DNA from: Antedon mediterranea
Lineage: Eukaryota; Animalia; Echinodermata
DNA: 64,000 nucleotides
Direction of reading: 5' to 3'
Assembly (NCBI RefSeq): GCF_964355755.1
Contig: NC_092673.1
Coordinates: forward strand, 6,014,001 to 6,078,000
The position numbers and the translations under genes were made by a program. The notes under the pieces were generated by a model. It was not told the DNA's origin. It did not search any database and saw only the letters and a list, made by a program, of their open reading frames with translations. Below, one piece after another: positions 24,628-37,369 of the stretch. Each line of letters starts with the position of its first letter. Positions within the stretch are counted from its first letter, which is position 1.

Positions 24628-25713
24628 ATGGCTATGGAAAACGGAGAAGGTCCTTCTACACAGCAGATTTTACAAACAATAGCAACTGCACTTCAAGGCA
24701 TCAACGTCCATCATGTCCATCCTGGAATCAAGTTGACCAAGTTTAGAGGTTCCAAGGCAACCAACGAACCTTCGTTGACTGAGTGGCTGGAAGATTTCTC
24801 AGCCTACGCAAATCAGTATGGACTGGCAGATGCCAAGAAAGCTCAAGCCTTGTTGGACCATTTGGGTGGCAGTGCTAAAGAAGAACTGATGTGTTATGGG
24901 GTTGATGTGCGAAGCAACCATGAGCGGATAATCAATGTGTTGAAAGAACGTTTTGGTCCACTTGAGACAAATGCTTCGTTGAGTGAGACTCTACATAATC
25001 GTGTACAACAAGATGGAGAAAGCCTGGCAGAGTTTAGTTTAGCACTAATGAGACTGTATGGAAAAATGGAAACAGCAACGACAGATGCTGGTGAAAGAAC
25101 TGCAATGGCAAGACTAAAAGATAATACTCTGAAAGAAAGATTGGTTAGAGGTGTCCGTGAGAATTGGGTGCAGCGGGAGTTGCGGCGAATAGAAATTGAT
25201 TGCAGGGGCAGGACGTTTATGGAAATGCGTAGAAGTGCACTTGATTTTTTTCAAGATCAGGAACCAATCTCTAGAAGGTCCCATGGTGTATACGAGGTGC
25301 ATGCTGATCAAGTGGCGAATACTTTTCATCGTGACCAAAACAATCAATCAACCGGGAGTCATGAGTTATCCAAAGAGGTCAACACCCTGAAAGATGAAAT
25401 GGCCAAATTAAGGTTGGTGATCGAGAAAATGGATAGGCCATGGAGTACAAGTACTAAAAGCAGGTCAATTAAAGACGCTAAGTGCTACGAGTGTGGGCAG
25501 AAGGGTCATTATAAATGCCAGTGCCATAACACAAATCGGTCACAGGACACCTATTCACCAACCACAGCCAAGCTACAAATCTCAACCAGCTTACCACCAA
25601 GCACCAGTTCCCCAACTTCAAGGAGCCTACCAAATTCAACCTACACCTCAACAGATGCACCAGCCACAGGCAGTCAATCAACCCAGACCAAATTACCAAC
25701 CACCAATAACTAG
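24628..25713 (+). CDS. Gypsy 2 gag, duplicated truncated copy
   Basis: Capsid-like KF.G..EWLE..L.G.A..LKERFG..Q.DGESL..F and knuckle CYECGQKGHYKCQC; identical to the 27318 ORF. Confidence 0.85.
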   Translation: MAMENGEGPSTQQILQTIATALQGINVHHVHPGIKLTKFRGSKATNEPSLTEWLEDFSAYANQYGLADAKKAQALLDHLGGSAKEELMCYGVDVRSNHERIINVLKERFGPLETNASLSETLHNRVQQDGESLAEFSLALMRLYGKMETATTDAGERTAMARLKDNTLKERLVRGVRENWVQRELRRIEIDCRGRTFMEMRRSALDFFQDQEPISRRSHGVYEVHADQVANTFHRDQNNQSTGSHELSKEVNTLKDEMAKLRLVIEKMDRPWSTSTKSRSIKDAKCYECGQKGHYKCQCHNTNRSQDTYSPTTAKLQISTSLPPSTSSPTSRSLPNSTYTSTDAPATGSQSTQTKLPTTNN

Positions 25714-25978
25714 TCATCCACAGACAACTTACCAGCCACAGGTAGTCAATATATATAAACTATACTGTGTTGTGAGAGCATGCATTGGGTCCAAATATCA
25801 TTAGTAACTTCTTATACTTGGCTCCGTAATTATATAAACATAATATATTCCAATAATATAGTTTCTTCTGTACATGTACAGGATACGCAAAGTTCCTTGA
25901 GTTAACAAATAACGGTAAGTAAAACAAATACGTCCTGCTTGTTCGACGGTCGGTAGTTGAGAGAGAGAGACAAAGAAT

Positions 25979-26773
25979 AACAAGGCCAACAGCCATTAAG
26001 TCGCGTGCTACAATGCATAGTGATACCGGACCGACAGACAGACCGACAGACAGACAGAGAGACCGACCGACCGACATAGTGAACTATACTGACCGAAATT
26101 ACTGAACATGTTTAAAAATGTTGAAATGTTTAAAAACATTTATTTTTTTTTAATTTACACGTGCGTAGCCTGTCACTTTCGACGTGCTCGTATAACGTAA
26201 TTTCGAGTTGAAAAGTAAGTCAAGAAAACAGAAATCGGGCAAAAAGAGTGCGCAATAACATTTAACGCGCAGTGCGCGCGCAAAAATATGCGCACTCATG
26301 GCAATTTTGTAAACGCTTAAAATTGCCTGAAATGTACTCTTATTTCATCGAAAATAAATTTTGAAAATGTTAAGCGCGCGTACGCATGCGTTACATGCGC
26401 TACGCACGTAATTGTATTGCCATATGATGATTTATGCCCTGAAATTTATGAGTACCAAATTTTATTTAATTGTGATTCATGGTTGTGAAGATATGATTAC
26501 AAACGTGATTTCGTTAAATCGTGCGTAGACCGCGTCATTTTTTATTGCGCACCGTGGAAACATAACCACATTGATTCCTGGCCATAAGGAATATACTGTG
26601 AAAAATTGACCTAGCTAGATTAAACTGATATCAAGATAAGGTCAGAAAGCGATAAAACGCATAGTGATACCGGACCGACAGACAGACAGACAGACAGACC
26701 GACAGACAGACCGACAGACAGACCGACAGACAGACCGACATAGTGAACTATAGAGTCGCTTCCACGCGACTAA
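25979..26773 (-). mobile_element. HINE/DINE-1-like element, copy 3 (product of the tandem duplication)
   Basis: Identical to copy 2 apart from one tetramer unit. Confidence 0.78.
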
Positions 26774-27317
26774 AAAGGTTTGCATGCCGTTCGTTACACC
26801 TGCTAACACAAATGCAAATTGAGGAATTACGGCTGAGGAAACAAAGTATTTGATAATGGAATAGCCCATGGGGGATGGGAACCCTGCTGGACACCCAAGC
26901 CTAGAGAGCTGTATCCAAGGAGACATCTTTCTCTTTGGCCTGGGTGACTGGCAGGGAGAGGTGTGTTCTCCTTGCTATAAAGCAAATAATAAATGCTAAA
27001 ATGTATAAGTAAATTAAACTGCTATAAACTGAGCCTGTTTTGCTTGCCTGTTTTGCTTGCCTATTAAACATTCCAATAAATGTTTTTTGTGAGATAAAAT
27101 CAAGACGATTTACCTGGTACTGTATCATTATTGTTGCACGTGTCAACCGCAATCCCACACAAGTTAGGGAGGCCGGAGCCTTTTACAGTGGTGTCAGAAG
27201 TGGGATTGAACACAAGACAAGATAAAGGTAAAAAGTACGTTATTTAAGGAAGCAGCCCCAGTTTATGGAAGACCTATACTTTTTACATAATCATATTATA
27301 ATTATATACTTTTTACG

Positions 27318-28626
27318 ATGGCTATGGAAAACGGAGAAGGTCCTTCTACACAGCAGATTTTACAAACAATAGCAACTGCACTTCAAGGCATCAACGTCCA
27401 TCATGTCCATCCTGGAATCAAGTTGACCAAGTTTAGAGGTTCCAAGGCAACCAACGAACCTTCGTTGACTGAGTGGCTGGAAGATTTCTCAGCCTACGCA
27501 AATCAGTATGGACTGGCAGATGCCAAGAAAGCTCAAGCCTTGTTGGACCATTTGGGTGGCAGTGCTAAAGAAGAACTGATGTGTTATGGGGTTGATGTGC
27601 GAAGCAACCATGAGCGGATAATCAATGTGTTGAAAGAACGTTTTGGTCCACTTGAGACAAATGCTTCGTTGAGTGAGACTCTACATAATCGTGTACAACA
27701 AGATGGAGAAAGCCTGGCAGAGTTTAGTTTAGCACTAATGAGACTGTATGGAAAAATGGAAACAGCAACGACAGATGCTGGTGAAAGAACTGCAATGGCA
27801 AGACTAAAAGATAATACTCTGAAAGAAAGATTGGTTAGAGGTGTCCGTGAGAATTGGGTGCAGCGGGAGTTGCGGCGAATAGAAATTGATTGCAGGGGCA
27901 GGACGTTTATGGAAATGCGTAGAAGTGCACTTGATTTTTTTCAAGATCAGGAACCAATCTCTAGAAGGTCCCATGGTGTATACGAGGTGCATGCTGATCA
28001 AGTGGCGAATACTTTTCATCGTGACCAAAACAATCAATCAACCGGGAGTCATGAGTTATCCAAAGAGGTCAACACCCTGAAAGATGAAATGGCCAAATTA
28101 AGGTTGGTGATCGAGAAAATGGATAGGCCATGGAGTACAAGTACTAAAAGCAGGTCAATTAAAGACGCTAAGTGCTACGAGTGTGGGCAGAAGGGTCATT
28201 ATAAATGCCAGTGCCATAACACAAATCGGTCACAGGACACCTATTCACCAACCACAGCCAAGCTACAAATCTCAACCAGCTTACCACCAAGCACCAGTTC
28301 CCCAACTTCAAGGAGCCTACCAAATTCAACCTACACCTCAACAGATGCACCAGCCACAGGCAGTCAATCAACCCAGACCAAATTACCAACCACCAATAAC
28401 TAGTCATCCACAGACAACTTACCAGCCACAGGTAGTCAATCAACCTAGACCAACATACCAACCACCAATAACTGGTCAGCCACAGGCAACTTACCAGCCG
28501 CAGATGAACTACCCATCTCAGAAAACCATGCAGCAACAGCGAACCACACAACCAGCTATGCAGCAGTCCGCAGGAGTACAGCACCCGGAAAACTTCTGCC
28601 CTCCGCCATCAGAGGCAAGGTGGTAG
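27318..28626 (+). pseudogene. Gypsy 2 gag with a frameshift after the zinc knuckle; Q/P-rich tail
   Basis: ORF 27318-28403 plus an overlapping QP-rich frame 28183-28626. Confidence 0.85.
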
Positions 28627-31600
28627 GAGGGAGTGATAAACTGCCTATTGTTGCACATGAGAGTAGGGTGAAAAGTGAGGATCAAACTGAATCGACTAGG
28701 TTGGGACTACTGGCGCCGAGCCTGAAAATGATGTTGGATATTGCTGGTGCATGGATCGGCTGCATTCTTGATACAGGAGCCGAAGCCTCAATAATCCCAA
28801 CTGATGTATACAATTCAATACTGAAGCCTCGTATTGGTCCAATGGAAAACGTAGATTCCGCTATTAAGATTGTTGGAGTTACAGGAACCAAAATAGCAGT
28901 TGAAGGTTATGTACAGATACCTGTTACCATAGGAAATAAGACGGTCGTCGTTGGGTTTCTTCTGGTGGTAGAAAGCAATTCACCTAAATGTGGACGTAAG
29001 CAAGATTTTCCTTTGATACTAGGATGTAATGCCCTACGATTATTCGTTTATTCGAAAACCTAAGCATGGTGATTAATAGCCTGAAGATGTCTAATGAAAC
29101 AGCAGAGTCCAAAGTAACATGTGGGAAACGTGGTGTACTAACCAAAGATTTGTTAGAAGTCGTTCCCCAACGATCAGTAAAAAGACTAGAATGCTGTTTT
29201 GATGCCACATGTAGGCTTGATAAAGATGTTAAGAGTCTATGGTTAATTAAATCATCCAGTGATAGAGAAGGTCTGGAGGTAATTGAAGGTTGTGTATCCG
29301 GAGTTTCACAAGTGAGTCTGCTTGTTTCGAATTCTACTAACGAAGAACTAATCTTAAAACCCAAAACCATGGTAGCAGCAGCAGTAGAGCTAGTTCAACA
29401 AGCTCATGTAGTTACATTCCAGACAGATGATGTTCTACAAGTAGATGTTAGAGAAGTTTATACTGATGAGAGTCAAGTAATTAACAGCTCACCCATTCCA
29501 CTAACGCAAATAAATACCTGTGAGAGACATGTGTGTAGAGATGGCAAAATCTTGGAACTACCATTTGGAGTAAGTCTCAATAACATCGATCCTGATGAAA
29601 TTGACCAAGTTGCAAGATTGCTTGTAGATCATAAAGAGGTTTTCTCAACTGGCGAGTTCGATCTTGGATATTGTGATTTAATTCCACATGAAATCAAAAT
29701 CTCCACTGACAAGCAAATCCGTATGCCCTATCGTAGAATACCACCATCACAAATGGCCGAAGTCAAACAGCTGCTACAAGGCATGCTCGATAAAGGAATT
29801 ATACAGAAGTCCTCTAGTCCGTACGCTAGCCCGGTAGTACTTGTACGGAAAAGCTCAGGAGCATTGCGACTGTGTGTGGATTATCGACAACTCAATGCAA
29901 TCACAATCAAGGATTCGTTCCCGTTACCTCGGATTGACGAGACTCTTGAGGCTTTAGGTGGAGCCAAATATTTTTCACCTATGGATCTCTCTCATGGATA
30001 TTTTCAAGTTTCGATGCACCCAGACTCCGTCCCATTAACAGCTATTCGAGTTCCTTGGGGGTTATTCGAATTCAATCGCATGCCTCAAGGATTGTGTAAT
30101 AGTCCAGGAACATTCCAGCGAATTAGGGAAAATATATTTGGTGACCTAAACCTCGAAAAATTGATATTGTATTTGGATGACATCCTGGTATTTTCAAACA
30201 CTTTTGAAGAACATTTGGACCGGTTACAGGGCTCGATATTTCACTAGTCCGGCGTACAATGTCTAGTTAAAACTGCTCTGGGTTAGTCAATCTTCCACCC
30301 AACAAGCCCGGGTGTCTAGTGTGTAAATAATTAGGCTAGAGAACATTTAGGCCTAGACTTTTAAAATGCATTATTAAAATACTCTAGCCACTGGCCTAAT
30401 TGTTTGTAGTCCATCATTTTTATAGAGCGCCTTCGCAATCACGTTCCTCGTTAAAGTTAACGAAGGAGAGCAACTAATCACGCTCCTTAAATCAGCGTGT
30501 CAAGTCACAAGTCACCAATAAGGGGATTCCCCTGTCTGCTTTCAAGTGCCAATTTACTTCCATTACACCTCACAGTGTATCCAGTGCGGTGTCAGATAAA
30601 TGCCTCAACTAGTCTTTTAAGCCAGAACAAGTACCAACCAAATGGTTGCTTTTATTGAACAAATCAATTTTAATGTATAAAATATAGTTAATAAAAAAAA
30701 AAATTAATAGAAGTAGGCCTATTTTTATTAATTAGAGGAAGATTCTTCACTTCTGTCTTTGGAATTTTAATTAATTTTTTTCTCCGAAAAAAATCAACCA
30801 ATTTGGTTACCCAAATTTAGTGACAAAACATGTGCTCTAGTCTCACCATCCCAGCAGCTGGTCTAGCTCTTCTAGCAAGCATCGCGTGTGTGACCGCCGT
30901 ATGTAAACACAGCCAAATACCCTTTCCTTAATTACATTTTTAAGATGTAATATTCAAATGATACTTAGTAACTTGTCATTAATATTTTTTTTGTATTACT
31001 TTGTGAAATACAGGTACTTAATTTTTGTTTTTAATTTCTAGGCCTAGTTCTACGCCTAGCCCTATATTATTTATTATAGGCCTAGGCCTAGTAGATTTCT
31101 GAAAAAAAAAACAGCCTAGAAAACGAATCAAGAAGCATTTTTGGGTAGAAGCTGGGATCCACTTGATTTAGGATATTTCGACCTTGCTGATTACGAATAT
31201 GGCGGATCCCAAGCGAAATTCGGCCATCTAAGCCTTTAATTTGCATAATTAAAAATGGCGGCCATTTTTTATAATTACCCTATATCTCGAGAACCACTTG
31301 TCACAGATAATTAATTTTGGTGTCAAAATGTTTTAAATATATGTTTTTATATTCACTTTAATGACACATTTTCTCAAAAAATGGATGCAAGTCTTATTTC
31401 TGGCATTTTGACCTTTGACCTTAATTTATCGTATCTCAGTAACCAATAATCGGAGAGACACGAAATAGGGCTCAAATTGTTCAGAAACTATACATTCATA
31501 TTTATTATAATGAAATGTTTTTACAAAAAATGGCCGATTCTACAACTATTGACCTTTGAACTATTAGTCAAATAAAATAATATAACTTTGAAAATTGTGG

Positions 31601-34219
31601 TTTTTTTTTCGTTTTAAATTGTTTAAAACATGTGTGTTTCTATCCAGTCTAATGGCACATTTTGTACAAGAATAGCCGATAGTATGGTTATTGACCTTTT
31701 TAAACTACAGCATAGGCCTACTGTATAAACTAACTAGAACTTACAGTAGTTTAGTTAGTTTTGATTCAGGTGTGCGGTATATACCCAGTAAGATTTAGTC
31801 AATAAGCGGACTAGTGAAACATCCAGTGGGCTAGTGAAACTCACATTGAACAAGCCCAGTGGTCTAGCTAGTAAAATTTCAAAAATCGAGCCCTGGGTTA
31901 GCTGAAGTATTCAGGAGACTACAGAAGTGTGGTTTGAAGTTAAAAGGTGGAAAATGCAAGTTGTTCCAGACTGAAGTGACTCATCTAGGTCATATCGTCA
32001 ACAAAAATGGAATATCGGTAGACCCAAGCAAGGTAGGGAAAGTTATGCGGTGGCCTACTCCCAAAGATTCATCGCAAGTGAGTTCATTCTTGGGACTTGC
32101 ATCGTACTATAGACGAATCATATCTGGCTTCTCGAAAGTTGCTGCTCCATTACATGCATTGACCGGAAAGAAAACCAGAAATGCGGGGAAGAAGCTATCG
32201 TTTGAATGGAGTGGACAAGCCGAAACAGCATTCCAGACACTGAAGAAAGCACTATCAACAGCACCTGTCTTGGCCTACCCCAAATTCGGTAAGGAGTTTG
32301 TTATAGAAGTGGACGCTTCTTTCAGTGGTCTAGGAGCATGCTTAATGCAAGCAGACGAAGATGGAAAACTTCACCCCATATCATATGCCAGCCGCAGCCT
32401 TCGTGGAGCTGAAAAGAATTATGCAGATCTCTCAAGCTTCAAAGTAGAACTTCTCGCTCTGAAATGGGCTGTAACAGAAAAGTTTGGATCATACATTAGA
32501 GGATCAAGATGCACTGTCTTTACAGATCATAACCCATTAGTTCATTTAAGGACAGCCAAGTTAGGAGCAACGGAACATCGTTGGGTGGCTCAGCTCGCAC
32601 CTTTCAATATCGACATTAAGTACAAACCTGGAAAGAGCAATCAGTGTGCAGACGCACTAAGCAGATGTCCAGATGCTGAAGCATGTGATGTTACAGTAAT
32701 GGTAAAAGAAGTGACAGCCTGTAGTTTAGTACCCATCAACATCCGAAATGCAAATCAAACTACTAAAGAAATTCACCCTCAAGATGAAAAACATAGTTTG
32801 TTTCCGTCCTACACTCATCAACAATTAGCGAACCTCCAGCAAAGCGATGCAGTATTGGCAAAGGTTTGGGAGTATTGGCAAACCAACTGGAAACCTGGGC
32901 AACCAATTACTGATAACTCTGTTGGTTAAAACAGAAAACACATTTAAAGGAGTGGGAAGGAGTACTATACCGAGAAGTTAAATGTAACACAGGTGACTGT
33001 CGACAACTACTCATTCCACATGGTCTTCGCAACAAAATGCTAGAGATGGCACACGATGGATGGGGTCATCAAGGTGCTAATAGGACTATTGGCATTTTGA
33101 AGACAAGATGTTTCTGGCCTGGACTTCAAGATGATGTCCGACAACATATTAAGAAATGTTTCACTTGCACAACATCCAAGGCAATGTGTCCCATGATTCG
33201 CATGCCTAGACGCCATCTAATCGCATTCCGTCCATTTGAGTTGTTAGCTATTGATTTTCTCAAACTTGATAAGGGCAAAGGTGGTTACGAGGATGTCTTG
33301 GTTCTAACAGATGCGTTTACTAAGGTTGCACAAGCTATACCCTGCCGAAATCAGTCAGCCATAGTAGTAGCAAAAGTCCTTCAAGAAAAGTGGTTCAATT
33401 ATTATGGTGCACCACAGCGGCTTCACTCTGACCAGGGGAGAAACTTCGAAGGCCTAGTCATTAAGGAACTTTGCATTCACAAATCCAGGACCACGCCATA
33501 TCACCCACAGGGCAATGGCCAAACAGAGAGATTTAACCGGACCCTTTGTGGAAATGGCCAGAGTTGCTTGGACATTTAGTGTTCTTGTATAATTCAACAC
33601 CCCACAGTGTTACTGGTGTTTCACCATTTCGCCTCCTATATGGACGTGAACCGTTTACGCCATTAGACCAACTTCTCAACAATTCATGGGAAAACTGGGA
33701 GAGGACTTCATCGAGCAACAAGCTGATGCTATACAACAAGCCCATCAAGTGGCAAAAGATAACATTGAAAGGAAACTAGAAAACTCTACACTGAAGCAGA
33801 ATATACATAAGATGAGTCCACAACTGAGCGTTGGAGATCGTGTACTGTTGAAAAGGTGTGCTTTTGAAGGCAGACACAAGTTAGAAGACAAGTTTCATCA
33901 CGATGCCTACATCATAGTTTGGGTTAACGACGCTGGAGACGTTTACAAGATTCGGCCTCTCCTGGGTGGCCCAACACGTACTGTAAATAGAAAACTCTTA
34001 ATTGTTGATCCAAGGGAAGCAACAACTGAAGACATTGTAGGAAGTGACTCAGATGAAGAAGATGATATGCCAACCTGGGTATTTACACATCATGACCTAC
34101 CACAGCAGGATGCAATACACCAACAAGTAGAACCTCAACTCAGACGATCATCAAGATCAACTAGAGGTTTTCATAGTAACCCTGAGAAATGGCCAAAGTC
34201 TACAGTTTCTCGCCATTAA
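28620..34219 (+). pseudogene. Gypsy 2 pol (PR, RT, RH, IN) with stops, frameshifts and a hAT insertion
   Basis: [90 protein letters not shown]. Confidence 0.92.
30227..31895. mobile_element. hAT-like non-autonomous transposon with a 5-bp TSD (hAT5 type)
   Basis: TIR CAGGGCTCGAT(A/T)TTT; TSD ggtta at 30222-30226 and 31896-31900; removal restores the RT frame HLDRL|AEVFRRL. Confidence 0.8.
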
Positions 34220-35061
34220 GTGTTGACTTATTTTATGAACTTGAATTTTATGTATGCACACCTTCTATTGTTTTGTGCTACTTTTCTGTAATTGTTAAAC
34301 CATTTTAAGCTAAATAATCTATGATGATAAAGTGTTTAGTGTTCATCAATCTTTACTGCACAAGAGTTATTGTTATAATTATGTTACTATTGTTTACCTA
34401 ATTGTTAATAGGTATTTAAGTTTAAGAGTACAGCATGTTATGGTGTCATAATATGGTATTTTGAAAATAATTAGGTACACACAGGTTCTTGTATCATGTA
34501 ACATGAGATGTATTTATAGATGATTGAAAAGTTGATAATAATGGTTTAAAGTAACACAATCTCTGAAGCTTGTATTATATAATGAATTGATCTGTCACAG
34601 GGTAATGATTATAGGGTAACCTGTGAGTTGTAGTTATAGTTTTTAGGGTATGAAGCCGTATGGTGGCACCTATTGGATTGGTCATGCTCCTTGAGCTGTT
34701 AGTTGCGTTGGAAAGCAGTCTTATGGGTGAACCTTTAGCAGTGGTCATGAGGTGCGATCAGAACTTTACTGATCGGGTGAGTGTCATGGTAACAAGGGCC
34801 ATGATGGGTGGACTCGCATTGGAAATTCCTCATACTTCTGCTATTGAGAGGGACCGTACTGGCTCCGTATTTAGTATCTTCACCTTAACAGTTGGCATGA
34901 CATGATGGTTAGGAGTCCATTGCAGAATGTCTTAACGAGGAGTGGCATCCCAATGCTATTTCAACCAACAATCGGGTATCTAATAATCAGTATACTTTTA
35001 TATTGCGACAGTGTGTCAGATTACAATACTTGGGGGCCAAGTATAGTCATCACGGGGAACA

Positions 35062-35432
35062 TGTTATGGTTCAGTGATTTTGTTTGATTTTTTGATAATG
35101 GAATAGCCCATGGGGGATGGGAACCCTGCTGGACACCCAAGCCTAGAGAGCTGTATCCAAGGAGACATCTTTCTCTTTGGCCTGGGTGACTGGCAAGGAG
35201 AGGTGTGTTCTCCTTGCTATAAAGCAAATAATAAATGCTAAAATGTATAAGTAAATTAAACTGCTATAAACTGAGCCTGTTTTGCTTGCCTGTTTTGCTT
35301 GCCTATTAAACATTCCAATAAATGTTTTTTGTGAGATAAAATCAAGACGATTTACCTGGTACAGTATCATTATTGTTGCACGTGTCAACCGCAATCCCAC
35401 ACAAGTTAGGGAGGCCGGAGCCTTTATTTACA
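35062..35432 (+). repeat. 3' LTR of Gypsy 2
   Basis: Matches 24161-24497 from 35093 with about 2 substitutions; the probable true start TGTTATGG at 35062 follows purine-rich cacggggaaca. Confidence 0.82.
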
Positions 35433-37369
35433 TAACATCAATTGAGGGAAAATCTCTATATGTCAACACCTGGTTAAACTCTGGATACAAAACAGTAAAT
35501 GATATATTCGTTTAATAACAGGTTATTGTCTGCAGCAGAAATTATTATTTATTTATTATTTCGAATAAACAGAATGGATTAATTGAATATTTTGCAACAA
35601 TAAATGCAATACCTGATATATGGAAAGAACAAATAAGGTTGGAAAATGCACGTATAGATATACAATTAAGAGAACATAATATATTTCATAATAGGATAAG
35701 ATCGTCTTACTATTATAAGCAGTTTATAAATGATATATTTATTATTATTATTATTTTTATTTTTTTTATTTATTCAATTTCTGCCATAAACATAAGAAGA
35801 CAAAACAATTATAAAAGGAGGCACGGAAAGACCAAACAGGTGCTAAACACCTATGCTAGTTGGTCAACCCAGAACAGAGAAAAATAAATAAATTACGTTC
35901 TACAATAAAAGCATCGACAAGAAAGTGACCAACTACACACATTTTCAATATCAAAATCCTCAAATGAAATGGGAAATAGAATTTAGAGATGAAATTATTG
36001 ACTGGAATGAAATATGGAATAGAAAAGTATGTAGAATGAAACACATTGTAAAAGTAGCTCGATTTAATTTTAAGTTGTTTTTACATCAAATCCTTATATG
36101 TAAAAAAAGACTATAATGGAAATTATCCACAACAGACAAATGTAAGTGTAAGAATCATATAGAAAATGAAGAACACTTATTAATTGCATGTAAAACTATT
36201 GAACCAGTCTGGAAAAAGTTTAAAGATATGCTGGTTCAGTGTCTTCCAAATGAGGTTACAGTACAGCAAGACTTCCCAAAGTGGGTTAATGTAATTTTGG
36301 GAACAACAAACAAACTTGTAAACGAATTAATTTCAGTTTTTACTTTTTGTATATATAAATCCTCCATAATATATAAAGAAGAAGAAGAATATTTGGGGTC
36401 TATTTAAAAAATGAAATTATAAACCTCATAAATAATGAGTATTCGTATAACTTTTATACTGCTGATCAGAAATGAAAAAATAGTAAAGACAAGATATTTG
36501 ACTTATTGAATAATTAAAATATATATGTGCTGGAGATCTCTCTCCCTACGATTTACAATTGTATTTTATATTTGTGTGACATATGCTGTATAAGTTTTAA
36601 TATAAATGTGTAGCCCTTTTTTATTTCAAGTGATTTTAAATGTAACCCTTGATTATGTTTCTAGACAATTTTAATAATTTATATGAAATCCGCAATATTC
36701 AGCATGTTTGCATATATATTGTATGTAGGTCATAAGTAAATGTTTTTAATAATTGTAAATTTTTTTTTTATTCACTTTTAAATATACTATGTCATTAAAA
36801 GAAAACACGTTTTAACAATAATCACAAATATGTATGCGTCACTTGCATGTGACAAGAAAAATGGAGAACATGACCTTTGTTTTTAATTTTTACTGCAAAC
36901 TGAAATAAAAGTGGGACGAGCCCATAAAAGACAAAAAAAAACACAAATTGGGTTTGTTTAAATGAGTTCAAATAAAAAATTCGGACTCATTTTTAAGACA
37001 AGTTTCTCCTTCGGAAGTAGGCCTAATTCCCAGGGTGCTAATTTTAGTTGACTACATTAATCATCGTGTCTATTTATTCGTTTCTGAAAACGAAAATGTA
37101 TTTATAGTCCTGCGGTACGTTTTGAAATCGCCAGTTTTTTTACGCTGAAATTACTGTGTATTCGAGAACTATCTGTGGACATGACCTAGATGGTACGCGA
37201 GCGAAGCGAGCGTACCATCTAGTATATTTAATTAACCAGTGATTTTGCTAATAGTACGTTGAATTTTGTATTAATCAGGTTGGATTTATGTTATTAGTAA
37301 CACATTCATAACACCTGCCAACGGAGAACAAACATTAGCGTTTAATAATATTTTAATGTATATTTATAG

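Larger units (their letters stand above)
23073..28440 (+). repeat. Near-perfect 2.68-kb tandem duplication (23073-25750 and 25759-28440)
   Basis: Identical ORFs offset by 2686/2690 nt; one extra 4-nt microsatellite unit in copy 2; 8-nt filler atatataa at 25751-25758. Confidence 0.95.
24161..35432 (+). mobile_element. Ty3/Gypsy LTR retrotransposon 2, 5' part duplicated, decayed
   Basis: 5' LTR copies at 24161-24497 and 26851-27187 (end TTTTACA); 3' LTR ~35062-35432; tRNA-Leu PBS; gag, PR, RT, RH, IN. Confidence 0.93.
15387..36937 (+). mobile_element. L1/Tx1-like LINE, decayed, split by nested LTR elements
   Basis: TSD aaaacacaaattgggttt at 15369-15386 and 36938-36955; A-tail near 36933. ORF1 knuckle (CYICNKTGHLAKNC) 15480-16128; ORF2 APE (SLNVRG, LQETH, GGDMNC, SDH) 16240-17640; post-RT pieces at 18080-18268, 24131-24160 and 35430-36400. 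Confidence 0.88.

Noticed and set aside
24628-28403. Two identical 361-aa host genes or a domesticated gag
   Set aside because: Both lie behind an LTR and PBS and are explained by the tandem duplication of Gypsy 2
34660-35087. env gene
   Set aside because: Only short ORFs, with no furin site, fusion peptide or C-terminal transmembrane anchor evident
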